The notes under the pieces: model-generated
Told to the model about the DNA's origin: nothing
Databases searched by the model: none
The model's input: the letters and a program-made list of their open reading frames with translations, nothing else
Origin: Clostridia bacterium
GTDB taxonomy: Bacteria > Bacillota > Clostridia > UBA1381 > UMGS1253
Direction of reading: 5' to 3'
DNA: 64,000 bases
Assembly (NCBI GenBank): GCA_045546315.1
Contig: JAZQCN010000059.1
Location: 70,494 to 134,493 of the forward strand
Shown: positions 47,958 through 58,400 of the stretch, piece by piece
Position numbering within the stretch: position 1 is the stretch's first letter
Layout: each line of letters starts with the position of its first letter
Made by a program: the position numbers and the translations under genes

Positions 47958-50245
47958 ACGCTGCCTCCAACCAATAAACCAATTAAAATTTTTGCCCAAC
48001 GCGGCATTGTCTTCTTCACCTGCTGCTCTGCTTCCTCACTGCGCAGCTCTTCTAAATCCTGCACAAGCGCACGCCGCTCTGCCTCTTCAAGCATAGGTCT
48101 TTTTTTCTTTTCCTCCGACAGCGGTGCGTCCTCCGCCGCAGCCGCAAGCGCTTCTAAATTTACCGCGTGGGTTGCTTCGTTTTTCTCCTGCAGCACACTT
48201 GCCGGCTGTCCGCCGAACATTTCGAAGAAATACATCTGACTATCGAACGGTGCCTGTCCGTTTTCATAGCGCACATAGGTGCCGTCCGGCTGCATAATGC
48301 GCGTTTTAACATTATCCAAATCCCAAAGCTCAAACATATCCAGGATAATTTTTTTGTTTTCCGCATCCGTTACCGGCGCTGCCACCTCGACACGGTTTTG
48401 CGTATTCCTCGTCATAAAATCGGCTGAAGAAATATAAATTTCACTCTCTTCACCTACACCGAACACATAAATGCGCGCGTGCTCTAAGTATCTGCCGACA
48501 ATACTTTTTACCGTAATATTGTCACTCACACCGGGCACACCCGGCTTAAAGCAGCAGATGCCGCGCACAAACAGCTTCACGCGCACACCCATCTGCGATG
48601 CTTCAAGCAGCTTATCAATCAGCTGCTTATCCGTTACGGCGTTGCATTTGATACAAACCTCTGCCGGTTGCTTCATAATGGCGCGCTGAATCTGCGCATC
48701 GATTTTTTGCATCAGCTGCGGCAGCATACAGTTTGGCGCAACCAGCAGCTTGTCCGTATATTCCACAGCTTCGCCGAGCGACAAATGGTCAAACACGCTT
48801 TTGACCTCTATCGCAATGTCATCCCTTGCCGTAATCAGGCAAAGGTCTGTATACAGCTCTGCCGTTTTTTCGTTGTAATTGCCCGTGCCGATTTGCGTCG
48901 TATAGGCATAGCCCTGCTCCGTCTTGCGCGTAATCTGCAAAATTTTGGAGTGTACCTTGTATTTTTCCAAGCCATACTGTATATGACAGCCGGCAGCCTC
49001 CAGACGGCGGGACCAGTCGATGTTGTTTTGCTCATCAAAGCGCGCACGCAGCTCCAATACAGCGGTTACCTCTATACCGTTTTCCACCGCCTTCAAAAGC
49101 GCTGCCAAGAGCTGTGAATTCGAAGCAACACGGTAGAGCGTGATTTTGATGCTCACCGTATCCGGATCCTCTGCCGCCTCCTCCAGCATACGCAAAAACG
49201 GGCGGATGGATTGAAACGGATAGCAGAAAAGCAAATCCTTCTCCTGCGCTTGGATATGCACCGGAATTTTATGGTCAATGCTTTCCGGATAGAGCGGCTG
49301 CTGCGGCTCGTTTAAAAGCTGTGGCAAACGCTTGCGAAAGATATTTTCCAGCCGAAACGCAAAGGTTACATCAAACGGGGTGCCCTCCGTTAAAATCTGA
49401 TTTTTACGCAGCTTCAGATTCTTTGCCAAAAACTTGCGCATCCGCTCCGAAAACGGCTTGTTTGTCTGCAAACGCACTGCCGCCAGGCCCTTCCTTCTGC
49501 GAAGCAGCTCACACATAATGTCGCGGCGGTTCAGCTCACGGTCAATACTGGTTTCTGAAATATCCAAATCCGCATTTCTTGTGATGCGAATCAGATACCG
49601 GTCCACAAAGGTGTAGCCGGAAAAAATCATATCCGCAAAATGGTATACAAGCTCCTCGGTCAAGGCAAAATAAGAGCCACCCTTACTGTGCACAAAATGC
49701 ATACGCTCCAGCGTATCGGTCGGCACAAGCCCCAGCTTCAAATCGCCGGACTTGCTCTTTAGCTGCACTGCCACATATACGGCATTGTTTTTCAAAAACG
49801 GGAATGGGTGCTTTGCGCTGACAATCTGCGGCGACAAAAGCCCGAGCACCTCCTGGCGAAAGTATTTTTTCATAAGCCCTTCGTCTGTACGCGAAATTTT
49901 CGAAAAATCAATTTTGCGCACGCCCTGCTCGGCAAGCGCTTTGATAATTTGACGATACACCTTGTCCTTTCGCTTAATAAGCGGCGGAAGTGCTTCGCAA
50001 ATGGCATCCATCTGCTCACGCGCGGTCATAGAGCTCTTGTTGTCCGTCTTCTTCGGGTCTGCACGGTCAAGGTCGTAAAGGCTGCCGAAGCGCACCATAA
50101 AAAACTCGTCAAGGTTCGTTCCGAAAATGGAAACAAACTTTAATCGCTCCAAAAGCGGCAGAGAGGTGTCCTCCGCCTCCTCAAGCACGCGCTCGTTAAA
50201 GCGCAACCAGCTTAATTCTCTGTTTACATATATGTTTTTACCCAT
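47897..50245 (-). CDS. ppk: polyphosphate kinase 1 with C-terminal extension and predicted TM helix
   Basis: NRELSWLRFNERVLEEA...FMVRFGSL N-terminus and both PLD-like halves. 782 aa. Ends ...WAKILIGLLVGGSVCAAAIYYVTV.... Confidence 0.9.
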   Translation of the reverse strand: MGKNIYVNRELSWLRFNERVLEEAEDTSLPLLERLKFVSIFGTNLDEFFMVRFGSLYDLDRADPKKTDNKSSMTAREQMDAICEALPPLIKRKDKVYRQIIKALAEQGVRKIDFSKISRTDEGLMKKYFRQEVLGLLSPQIVSAKHPFPFLKNNAVYVAVQLKSKSGDLKLGLVPTDTLERMHFVHSKGGSYFALTEELVYHFADMIFSGYTFVDRYLIRITRNADLDISETSIDRELNRRDIMCELLRRRKGLAAVRLQTNKPFSERMRKFLAKNLKLRKNQILTEGTPFDVTFAFRLENIFRKRLPQLLNEPQQPLYPESIDHKIPVHIQAQEKDLLFCYPFQSIRPFLRMLEEAAEDPDTVSIKITLYRVASNSQLLAALLKAVENGIEVTAVLELRARFDEQNNIDWSRRLEAAGCHIQYGLEKYKVHSKILQITRKTEQGYAYTTQIGTGNYNEKTAELYTDLCLITARDDIAIEVKSVFDHLSLGEAVEYTDKLLVAPNCMLPQLMQKIDAQIQRAIMKQPAEVCIKCNAVTDKQLIDKLLEASQMGVRVKLFVRGICCFKPGVPGVSDNITVKSIVGRYLEHARIYVFGVGEESEIYISSADFMTRNTQNRVEVAAPVTDAENKKIILDMFELWDLDNVKTRIMQPDGTYVRYENGQAPFDSQMYFFEMFGGQPASVLQEKNEATHAVNLEALAAAAEDAPLSEEKKKRPMLEEAERRALVQDLEELRSEEAEQQVKKTMPRWAKILIGLLVGGSVCAAAIYYVTVHLGWSFWSI

Positions 50246-50355
50246 TTCGTTTCACCTGCATAAAAATTTCAAAAAGCTATTGATTTCATATACTTATATA
50301 ATATACAATAATAACATAAAATACAAGAAAAATCTACTTTCGGAGGACGATGTAT

Positions 50356-51435
50356 ATGAAAAAGAGAATCGGTATACTCACCAGCGGCGGCGATTGCCCG
50401 GGGCTGAATGCAACCATTCGCGGCGTAGCCAAAGCCGTATATGAAAAAATGGGGAGCGATGCGGAAATTATCGGCATTGAAGACGGATACCACGGACTTA
50501 TCCACGGCGAATACCACAAAATGAAGCCCTCCGACTTTTCCGGCATCCTAACCGTCGGCGGCACAATTCTCGGCACCTCACGCACGCCGTACTCAAAAAT
50601 GCAGGTCATCGGCGAGGACAACATTGACAAGGTTGCCGCGATGAAGAAAAATTACAAGGAAATGAAGCTTGACTGCCTCTTAACGCTCGGCGGTAACGGC
50701 ACGCATAAAACGGCAAATCTGCTGGCAAACGAAGGGCTGAATATTATCGGTCTACCGAAAACCATTGACAACGATATTTTCGGCACAGATGTAACCTTCG
50801 GCTTCCACACCGCAGTGGACACCGCTACGGATGTGATTGATAAAATCCACACCACTGCCTCCAGCCATCGCCGCGTTATGCTCGTTGAAATTATGGGCAA
50901 CAAGGCCGGCTGGCTCACGCTGTATTCCGCAGTGGCAGGTGGCGCTGACATTATTTTAATCCCGGAAATCCCTTATGATACGGATAAAATTTTAAGCGCA
51001 ATTGACCGCCGCGCAGACCGTGGGCGCGCCTTCTCCATCATTGCAGTAGCTGAAGGTGCAATGTCGAAAGACGAAGCGAAGCTGAAAAAGAAGCAGCGTG
51101 CGCTTTTGCGTGCAGAGCTCGGCTATAAAACCGCTACGCAGCAAATAGCAGACGAAATTGCAAAGCGCTCAACCTATGAAACACGCGTTGTGCTCTCCGG
51201 CCACATTGTGCGCGGCGGCAGCCCATCTGCCTATGACCGTGTGCTTGCAACGCAGTTCGGTGCGTATGCTGCGGAGCTGATTGAAAAGGAAATCTACGGT
51301 GTCAGCGTGGCAATGGTCAACAACCGTATCACGCATAACGCGTTAAAAGACATTGCAGGGATTACAAAATTCGTTCCGGCTGACCACCAGATGATTGGCG
51401 TAGCCAAAAGTATGGGCGTTTCCTTTGGTGATTAA
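50356..51435 (+). CDS. pfkA: ATP-dependent 6-phosphofructokinase
   Basis: MKKRIGILTSGGDCPGLNA...GLPKTIDNDI...MGNKAGW. Confidence 0.9.
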   Translation: MKKRIGILTSGGDCPGLNATIRGVAKAVYEKMGSDAEIIGIEDGYHGLIHGEYHKMKPSDFSGILTVGGTILGTSRTPYSKMQVIGEDNIDKVAAMKKNYKEMKLDCLLTLGGNGTHKTANLLANEGLNIIGLPKTIDNDIFGTDVTFGFHTAVDTATDVIDKIHTTASSHRRVMLVEIMGNKAGWLTLYSAVAGGADIILIPEIPYDTDKILSAIDRRADRGRAFSIIAVAEGAMSKDEAKLKKKQRALLRAELGYKTATQQIADEIAKRSTYETRVVLSGHIVRGGSPSAYDRVLATQFGAYAAELIEKEIYGVSVAMVNNRITHNALKDIAGITKFVPADHQMIGVAKSMGVSFGD

Positions 51436-51438
51436 CAT

Positions 51439-51470
51439 AAAAAAGAGTGTGCATTGCACACTCTTTTTTT
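51439..51470. terminator. bidirectional intrinsic terminator
   Basis: A6-GAGTGTGCA/TGCACACTC-T7 between convergent pfkA and greA. Confidence 0.8.
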
Positions 51471-51951
51471 ACGCTCTGGAAATTTCCAAAATCTTAAACT
51501 GTACGATACCGCCCGGTGTCTGCACATCAACGACATCATCCACCTTTTTACCAAGAAGCGCCTTACCGACCGGCGACTCATAGGAAAGCTTGTTTGCTGA
51601 CGGATCTGCCTCTGTCGGGCCAACAATGCTGTATTCCTCTTCTTCTTCAAATTCAATATCCAAAAGCTTTACCTTTGCACCGATGCTGACAGCTTCCGTA
51701 TCAATTGCGCCCTCATCTACAACACGCGCAATCTTCATCATGCCCTCCAGCTGTGCAATTCTTGCTTCCATCTGTGCCTGCTCATTCTTTGCTTCGTCGT
51801 ACTCAGAGTTCTCGGAAAGATCGCCGAATGCAAGCGCCTGCTTGATTTTTTCCGCCACTTCCTTGCGGCGTACAAGTTTCAATTCGTCAAGCTCAGCTTC
51901 AAGCTTCGCTAAGCCCTCTGCTGTCAAGAACAATTCTTTTGCCTCTGCCAT
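51469..51951 (-). CDS. greA: transcription elongation factor GreA
   Basis: Start [25 protein letters not shown]...[17 protein letters not shown] at 51951 has SD GGAGGC. Confidence 0.9.
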   Translation of the reverse strand: MAEAKELFLTAEGLAKLEAELDELKLVRRKEVAEKIKQALAFGDLSENSEYDEAKNEQAQMEARIAQLEGMMKIARVVDEGAIDTEAVSIGAKVKLLDIEFEEEEEYSIVGPTEADPSANKLSYESPVGKALLGKKVDDVVDVQTPGGIVQFKILEISRA

Positions 51952-52059
51952 TTTTATATAGCCTCCAATAATTATTTCAAATCCGCAGTCGAATAATACA
52001 AATGTTACAAATGATAAAGTCAATCTTCAATATTTCTTGTGGAATTTGACACTTTCTTT

Positions 52060-52087
52060 ATTATACCATTCTTTTTCATAATGTCAA
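52060..52087 (-). promoter_or_regulatory. sigma-A promoter of greA
   Basis: Minus strand TTGACA-16 nt-TATAAT with a TGG extended -10. The -35 overlaps the stop of the upstream gene. Confidence 0.5.
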
Positions 52088-52890
52088 GTCTTTTTCATTT
52101 TCCAGCCGATTTTCTCGAGTGAACCTACGACATCCTCCTTAGATTCATCACAACAAAGCAGCACAAATTCTGCCGCACGGCAATCTGCACGCTCGAAATA
52201 ACGGAAGAACGCCGCATAACCAAACACCGTTTCAAAGTAATAGTTTCGACACGCACGGTAAGGATAGCTCCCCGTAAAATCCAAAATCAACCCGCTGCTG
52301 AACACCTCCTGCGGCGGCACGGACAGCAAAAGCACCAAATTCACCGTATTCAAACATTTCACGCTTGTTGTCACCTGCGCGGCAAGCCCATACTCATCAA
52401 ACAGCACATCCAAAGCCTGCTCCGCGCCCACGCGTTCCGGCGATACCAGCACCAGTTGTTTTGTATACTTCGTCATGTGTCGCGCAGCAGCCAGCCCACC
52501 TTCCGCAAACGGATTTTCATAGATGCCGACCCTCGTGTTTTCCGGCGACAGTAAAAAGCTTTTGCAATGCCTTTCTATTATATATCCTGCTACCGCGCAA
52601 AATATACGGCGTCCATCCGGCAAGAAAAATTTACCTGCAAAGCAGGTGCGCAGCGCCTCCGGCGCATATACGCACTCAATTCTGTTTTTTTCCATCTGCC
52701 GAATCAGCCTATGAAGCAGCCTGCTTTGCTGGCGTTCCGTCATTTGCGCAAACGCATCCTGCGTACAGGGCAATATAAAAAGGAGGCAAGCCTTATCTTC
52801 AACCGGGAAATGCAGCGTTTCCGTTTTTATACGCCGAAACAGCTTCCGCCCTCGATTCTGATTTGAGAATCCGACAATTGCACCACGCAT
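52084..52890 (-). CDS. hypothetical cytoplasmic protein (268 aa)
   Basis: Clean ORF with SD GGGAGG. No motif I can place. Confidence 0.5.
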   Translation of the reverse strand: MRGAIVGFSNQNRGRKLFRRIKTETLHFPVEDKACLLFILPCTQDAFAQMTERQQSRLLHRLIRQMEKNRIECVYAPEALRTCFAGKFFLPDGRRIFCAVAGYIIERHCKSFLLSPENTRVGIYENPFAEGGLAAARHMTKYTKQLVLVSPERVGAEQALDVLFDEYGLAAQVTTSVKCLNTVNLVLLLSVPPQEVFSSGLILDFTGSYPYRACRNYYFETVFGYAAFFRYFERADCRAAEFVLLCCDESKEDVVGSLEKIGWKMKKT

Positions 52891-52961
52891 AACAATGTCC
52901 TCCCTTGTTTTTATTATATATACATGTCCTAATGGAAAAATGACAGATTTTACAGATTTTG

Positions 52962-52990
52962 TTGTAATGTCCCTTTAAAAAGTGTATAAT
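52962..52990 (+). promoter_or_regulatory. sigma-A promoter of yifB/comM-proC
   Basis: TTGTAA-17 nt-TATAAT. Confidence 0.45.
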
Positions 52991-53020
52991 GGGTTTAAGA
53001 AAATTTCAGGTGGTGACAAA

Positions 53021-54553
53021 ATGGTTGCAAAAGTTAAATCTGCCGGCTTAGAGGGACTTGAGGGCTTCGTGGTCGAGGTGGAAATTGATATTTCCGGCGG
53101 CTTGCCCGCATTCGACATTGTCGGTCTGCCGGATGCAGCAGTGAAAGAAGCACGCGAGCGCGTGCGCGCGGCCGTTAAAAACAGCGGTTTTACCATGCTG
53201 CCCAAGCATGTAGTGATGAATCTTGCCCCTGCTGACATCAAAAAGGAAGGCAGCGTCTACGATTTACCAATTTGCGCAGCATATCTTTCCGCAACCGGAC
53301 AGATGAACATTGGCAACACAGAGGAGAGCATGTTCTTCGGCGAGCTTTCCTTAGACGGCGGCGTGCGCCCGGTTATCGGTATTCTGCCGATGGTATTAAC
53401 CGCGCGCGAAAACGGCATTAAACGGGTATTTGTGCCGGCAGTAAACGCGCAGGAGGCAGCCGTTGCGCAGGGCGTTGAGGTCTACGGTGTAGAAAGCCTG
53501 GCGGCGCTTAAGGCGCACTTCAGCGGTGAAACGCCGATTCAACCGACGCAGGTTGACTTAGAAGGCATCTTCAGCTATAACGCGAGCCACGAGCCGGATT
53601 TTTCCGATGTAAAAGGGCAGGAGGGCGTCAAGCGCGCGCTGGAAATTGCAGCCGCCGGCAATCATAATGTGCTGATGATTGGCACACCGGGCAGCGGCAA
53701 AACGATGCTTGCAAAGCGTTTGCCGACCATATTGCCGGATATGACCTTTGAAGAGGCACTGGAAATCACAAAAATACATTCCGTAGCCGGCATTTTACCG
53801 TCGGACAAGCCGCTTGTTACGCGCAGACCGTTCCGCAGTCCGCACCACACGATTTCTGCAGTCGGGCTCGCCGGCGGCGGACGCATTCCGCGCCCGGGCG
53901 AAATCAGCCTGGCGCACAACGGCGTTCTGTTTTTAGACGAGCTGCCGGAATTTAATAAAACCGCACTCGAGGTTTTGCGACAGCCGCTGGAGGACGGCGA
54001 TGTAACGATTGCGCGCGTCAGCGCAACTGTAAACTACGCCTCCAATGTGATGTTTGTGGCAGCGATGAACCCCTGCAAATGCGGCTACCACGGCGACCCG
54101 TCCGGCCGATGCACCTGCACGCCGGGCGCAATCGAGCAATATATGGGGCGCATCAGCGGCCCTTTGATGGACAGAATTGATATGCACATCAGCGTCGCAC
54201 CCGTAGCGTATGAATCCTTCAAAAGCGACACGCCTGCCGAAACCTCGGCAGATATTAAAAAGCGTGTCGATGCCGCAAGGCAGCTGCAGCAGCAGCGGTA
54301 TAAGGACTATCCGCAAATCTACTCCAACGCACAGCTGACGCCAGCAATGATTGACAAATTCTGCCGCCTGGGCGAAGCGGAGCACGCGCTGATGAAGAAC
54401 GCCTTTGACCGCCTCGGCTTAAGCGCAAGAGCGCACCACGGCATTTTGAAGGTTGCGCGTACGATTGCCGATTTAGACGGCAGCGAAGAGATTCGCGTGC
54501 AGCATCTGGCAGAAGCGATACAGTATCGTAGCTTAGACAGAAGCACGCATTAA
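53021..54553 (+). CDS. YifB/ComM family Mg-chelatase-like AAA+ ATPase
   Basis: MVAKVKSAGLEGLEGFVVEVEIDISGGLPAFDIVGLPDAAVKEARERV, Walker A GTPGSGKT, GVLFLDELPEF. Confidence 0.9.
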   Translation: MVAKVKSAGLEGLEGFVVEVEIDISGGLPAFDIVGLPDAAVKEARERVRAAVKNSGFTMLPKHVVMNLAPADIKKEGSVYDLPICAAYLSATGQMNIGNTEESMFFGELSLDGGVRPVIGILPMVLTARENGIKRVFVPAVNAQEAAVAQGVEVYGVESLAALKAHFSGETPIQPTQVDLEGIFSYNASHEPDFSDVKGQEGVKRALEIAAAGNHNVLMIGTPGSGKTMLAKRLPTILPDMTFEEALEITKIHSVAGILPSDKPLVTRRPFRSPHHTISAVGLAGGGRIPRPGEISLAHNGVLFLDELPEFNKTALEVLRQPLEDGDVTIARVSATVNYASNVMFVAAMNPCKCGYHGDPSGRCTCTPGAIEQYMGRISGPLMDRIDMHISVAPVAYESFKSDTPAETSADIKKRVDAARQLQQQRYKDYPQIYSNAQLTPAMIDKFCRLGEAEHALMKNAFDRLGLSARAHHGILKVARTIADLDGSEEIRVQHLAEAIQYRSLDRSTH

Positions 54554-54569
54554 GAAAGGAATGAAAACT

Positions 54570-55370
54570 ATGAACTTAGCAGTTATCGGCGGCGGCAAAA
54601 TGGCGCACGCTATGGTCTTCGGTATTTTAAATACGAAGCGAATCGAAGCAAATAACATTTATGTTTCTGATAAATTTGAAGCCGGTCTTTCGGATTTTGC
54701 CGCAGCCGGCATGCATACAACGACAGACAATACCGTAGCTGCAAGCGCAGCGGACACCATTTTGGTTGCGGTTAAGCCGGATGTTTATCCGAGTGTTTTA
54801 GCAGAGCTTTCCAAGGTAGACAGCGCTGAGAAAAAGCTTTATATCTCTATAGCGCCGGGCATTACAGTAGATGCGATTAAGGGTTATCTCGGCTTTGATG
54901 CAAAGGTCATCCGCACGATGCCAAACACACCGGCAATGGTTGGCGAGGGCATGACAGCGGTTTTCGCACCTGCACCGGTTACGGAAGCTGAGCTTTCTAT
55001 GGCGCTGGATTTGTTTAATGCCTTCGGCAAGGCTGCTGTAATATCCGAAAAGCAAATGGAAGCAGCGGTTGCCGTTTCCGGCAGTAGCCCGGCATATGTA
55101 TTTATGTTTATCGAAGCGCTTGCCGACGGTGCAGTTGCCGGCGGTATACCGCGCAGCCTTGCCTACGAATTTGCGGCGCAAGCCGTGCTCGGCTCGGCGA
55201 AAATGGTTTTGGAAACCGGCAAGCACCCCGGTGAGCTGAAGGATATGGTGTGTTCTCCGGGCGGCACAACAATTGATGCCGTTGCGGCACTCGAGCAGGG
55301 CGGCTTTCGTGCAGCAGTGCTCGATGCAATGGAAAAATGTATTGAAAAAAGCAAAAAAATGGGCAATTAA
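54570..55370 (+). CDS. proC: pyrroline-5-carboxylate reductase
   Basis: MNLAVIGGGKMAHAM..., RTMPNTPAMVGEG, SPGGTTIDAV motifs. The second ATG is preferred on SD spacing. Confidence 0.85.
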   Translation: MNLAVIGGGKMAHAMVFGILNTKRIEANNIYVSDKFEAGLSDFAAAGMHTTTDNTVAASAADTILVAVKPDVYPSVLAELSKVDSAEKKLYISIAPGITVDAIKGYLGFDAKVIRTMPNTPAMVGEGMTAVFAPAPVTEAELSMALDLFNAFGKAAVISEKQMEAAVAVSGSSPAYVFMFIEALADGAVAGGIPRSLAYEFAAQAVLGSAKMVLETGKHPGELKDMVCSPGGTTIDAVAALEQGGFRAAVLDAMEKCIEKSKKMGN

Positions 55371-55375
55371 ATACA

Positions 55376-55412
55376 AAACAGCGCTTGAATTTGCATCAAG
55401 CGCTGTTTTTTT
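55376..55412 (+). terminator. intrinsic terminator of proC
   Basis: ACAGCGCTTGA-ATTTGCA-TCAAGCGCTGT followed by T7. Confidence 0.8.
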
Positions 55413-55417
55413 GCAAG

Positions 55418-55450
55418 AAAAAAAGCAGTGGGCAAGCCCACTGCTTTTTA
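55418..55450 (-). terminator. intrinsic terminator of the SLH operon
   Basis: GCAGTGGGC-AA-GCCCACTGC with a T-run on the minus strand. Confidence 0.75.
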
Positions 55451-55465
55451 TTTGGTTTGTAAAAC

Positions 55466-58400
55466 TTACGGAGCCGGAACTACCGGTGTGTCCGGAAGAT
55501 TTTTGAGAACTACAACACACTTAATACCGGAGTTAAATACTCTTACGATACACGGTGTTGCCGGTGTGAGCGGGTTGGAGGTATCAACGATATCTGCAAC
55601 GCTACCGGTTGTAACTCTCTTAGCTTCGCTTGTAGCTTCTGCATCGTAAACGATAACCTTGCTTACAGCATAAGTCATGTTTACAGAAAGTGCGTCTAAA
55701 TCATATTTGCCATCTTCGCCAACGATTGCTACGCCGCCGTGCTTAGCCTGAATGTAACCATCTACAACTGTGAATGCTGTTTCCGTCTGAATATTACTAC
55801 CGGTTGCTGCATTGGAAATTGTAGCAAACAATACGGTCGAACCATCCTTTTCTACCGGAATAGTAAAGTCAGAGGATTCATATCTTCTACCGCCGGAAAT
55901 ATCGTTCTTAGGCATGAAGATATTCTCGTTTGCAAGGTAGATGGTTCTTACATAGTTTACATAGCCCTCAGAGTTATTACCATAGGTAAAGATATCACCC
56001 GGGAGAACCAGATCTGCAGCACGCTCAGTGCCCATTACACCGCCATGGGATGTAATATTAGCTCTTCTCGAGCCTGTACCTGCAACATTGTAAGTAACAC
56101 CGTTGAACAGGTGGTCAGCAATGGAGTTGTTGCCTGAAATGTACTGACCGTTGTTGTAGTAATCCGGATCAACTGTAAGGGTCTTGGAAGAACCTTCTTC
56201 GTTACCGTAAATCTTCAAAGTAACGATTTCATCACCGTATTCATCTTCTACAAGTGTCTTGGAAACCTTTGTAACGATGAAGTACGGACGCTGTCTCTGT
56301 GCAGACTCGGTTTCACCTGTCTTGAAGGTATCGGAACCGCTCGAACCCAGTACATGTACACCGTAGGTGTATACGCGGGATTCTCTGTCTGTGTTAAACA
56401 GCTGGAGCTTATACTCGTTCTCTGTCTGGAACTCAGAGGACTTGTAAATTCTCATGTGCTTGTCGTTTTCAAGCAGAGCGGAATCACTCGGTACTGCAAA
56501 GATAACTGCGCTCGAGTTCACTGCTGTGGTGTAATCGAAGCCCTTATACTGGCTGTTGTAAGCCATTGTCTTCGGACCCGAAGAACCTGCCTTAATCTTA
56601 CCTAAGGTATACTCGTCTTCTTCTGCGCCCTTGTACGGGGTATCAATTTCCTTGATTGCACCCTGGCCGTCGAGCTTGTAGAGCATCGGGGATACCATAG
56701 CCATTTCGCCTGTTACAGCATCCTTACTGTAGCCGCCGCCACCGTAGATGCTGTTGGAAGCGATAACGGAAGCATCGAGTGCATCCAGAATTGTTGCATC
56801 TGTGGAATACTTTTCACCGTCGATCTTTACTTTGCTTGCGAGCGGAAGTGTTACGAACTCGCCGTCTGCAGTAAAGAGTTTCATTTCGATGGAGCCTGTT
56901 GTCGACTGGGATGCTACATAATCTAAGATAAAGCCGTACTCACCGTCAGCCTCGCCGGTGGAAGCCTTCTCATACTTTGCAATTCTGCCGAAAGCGTCGA
57001 GATAAAGCTCAACGCCCTGTGCAAGTCTGATGCCGTGGCCGCCGTTTGCAGCTGCCCAAGCTTCGAAAGCATCACCAAACTGATACTCTTCGCCGTTGTC
57101 GAGGCAAACGATTGTCTTGCCGTTTGCATCTGTACCAAAGGTATCAACAATGCCTTCTGCCTTCTCATCGGAAACGATAACATGGAAAATCTCCTTAGAA
57201 GTACCTGTGTCGGAAGCTGCGATAGAAAGTACATCGCCTTCCTGGAGAGAATCGAAGGAGAGCTCCTTACCGTTTACATCTTCAAATGTAGCGGTTACAT
57301 CCTTCTTCTCAACATTGATTTCAACGCTTGCGCCGCTGATTTCGTCGAGAATTGTATAATCATCTGCATCGAGGTACTCGATTACAAATGTTTCGTATAC
57401 GGTCAGCATTACGGTTTCAGCACCCTTGGTAGCGTCTGTGTCCATAAATACAACCTTACCCGGCTTATTCTGTGCATCCTCAAGCATTGTCTTAAGGTCA
57501 TCTGTGGAAGCGGTTGTAGCGCCGTTATAAAGAATAGCCGGCATAGCTTCAACATCGATTTCCTCAGTTTCGTTGTCCTCTTCGTTTGCCCAGTACTGAA
57601 TCACTCTGTTCGTGCTGGCGTCTACTTCGATATCCGCCAAATCAACCTCAACGATGTTGTTGTTCTTTTGGTTGATGGAGTAGCAGATTACTGTAGAATC
57701 TTCTGTCTCTTCATCGTAGGTGTAGTAAGCTTTTACGCTGGTAGCGATCTGCTTGTCGATATCTGTTTCACCAACGAGCAGCTCGTACTTTTCACCCTTA
57801 GCAGTGATTTCTACTTCGCCTGCCTTTAAGTTGCTTGTTTCCCAGATGGAAGTAGCGCTGTTTGCAGAAACGATACCTTCGAGCTTGTAGGTATTAAACT
57901 TCTCGGAGAGAAGTGTTATGCCTGCCTTGGATTCCCAGTTTTCGACGTCACCGCCGGAAACGCGCTTCATAACATCAATCTCAAGGATGTTTGCGCAAAG
58001 AATCGCAGCCTGACCTCTGGTCATCGGCTCTTCAAGGTTTACATTTGCAAGACCCTTTAAAGCGCCGAGCTCGCGAGCTACCTCAACATAACCTGCCGGA
58101 TAGCCGCCGTTTTCTTCAGCCTTGAGGCCGTAGCCGATGGTAGCAACCATCATCTTAACAGCCTGCTCACCTGTAACATTTGCATTCGGAGCGAAAGTAC
58201 CGTCGCCCATACCGTTGATGGCACCCATATCCTTACCGAATTCAACATACGGAGCGTACCATTCGCTTGTCGGTACGTCTGTGAAAATACCCTTTGTCTT
58301 ATAGCCGCCAACAATGTTTGCGTGGCCTGCAGCAACTACCATAATCTTGGTAAATTCTGCACGGGTGATGTTTTTGTCGCCATTGAAGCTGTTGCCGTCG

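Noticed and set aside
54798-55520. 240-aa minus-strand ORF
   Set aside because: Antisense to proC, and it runs through two terminators.
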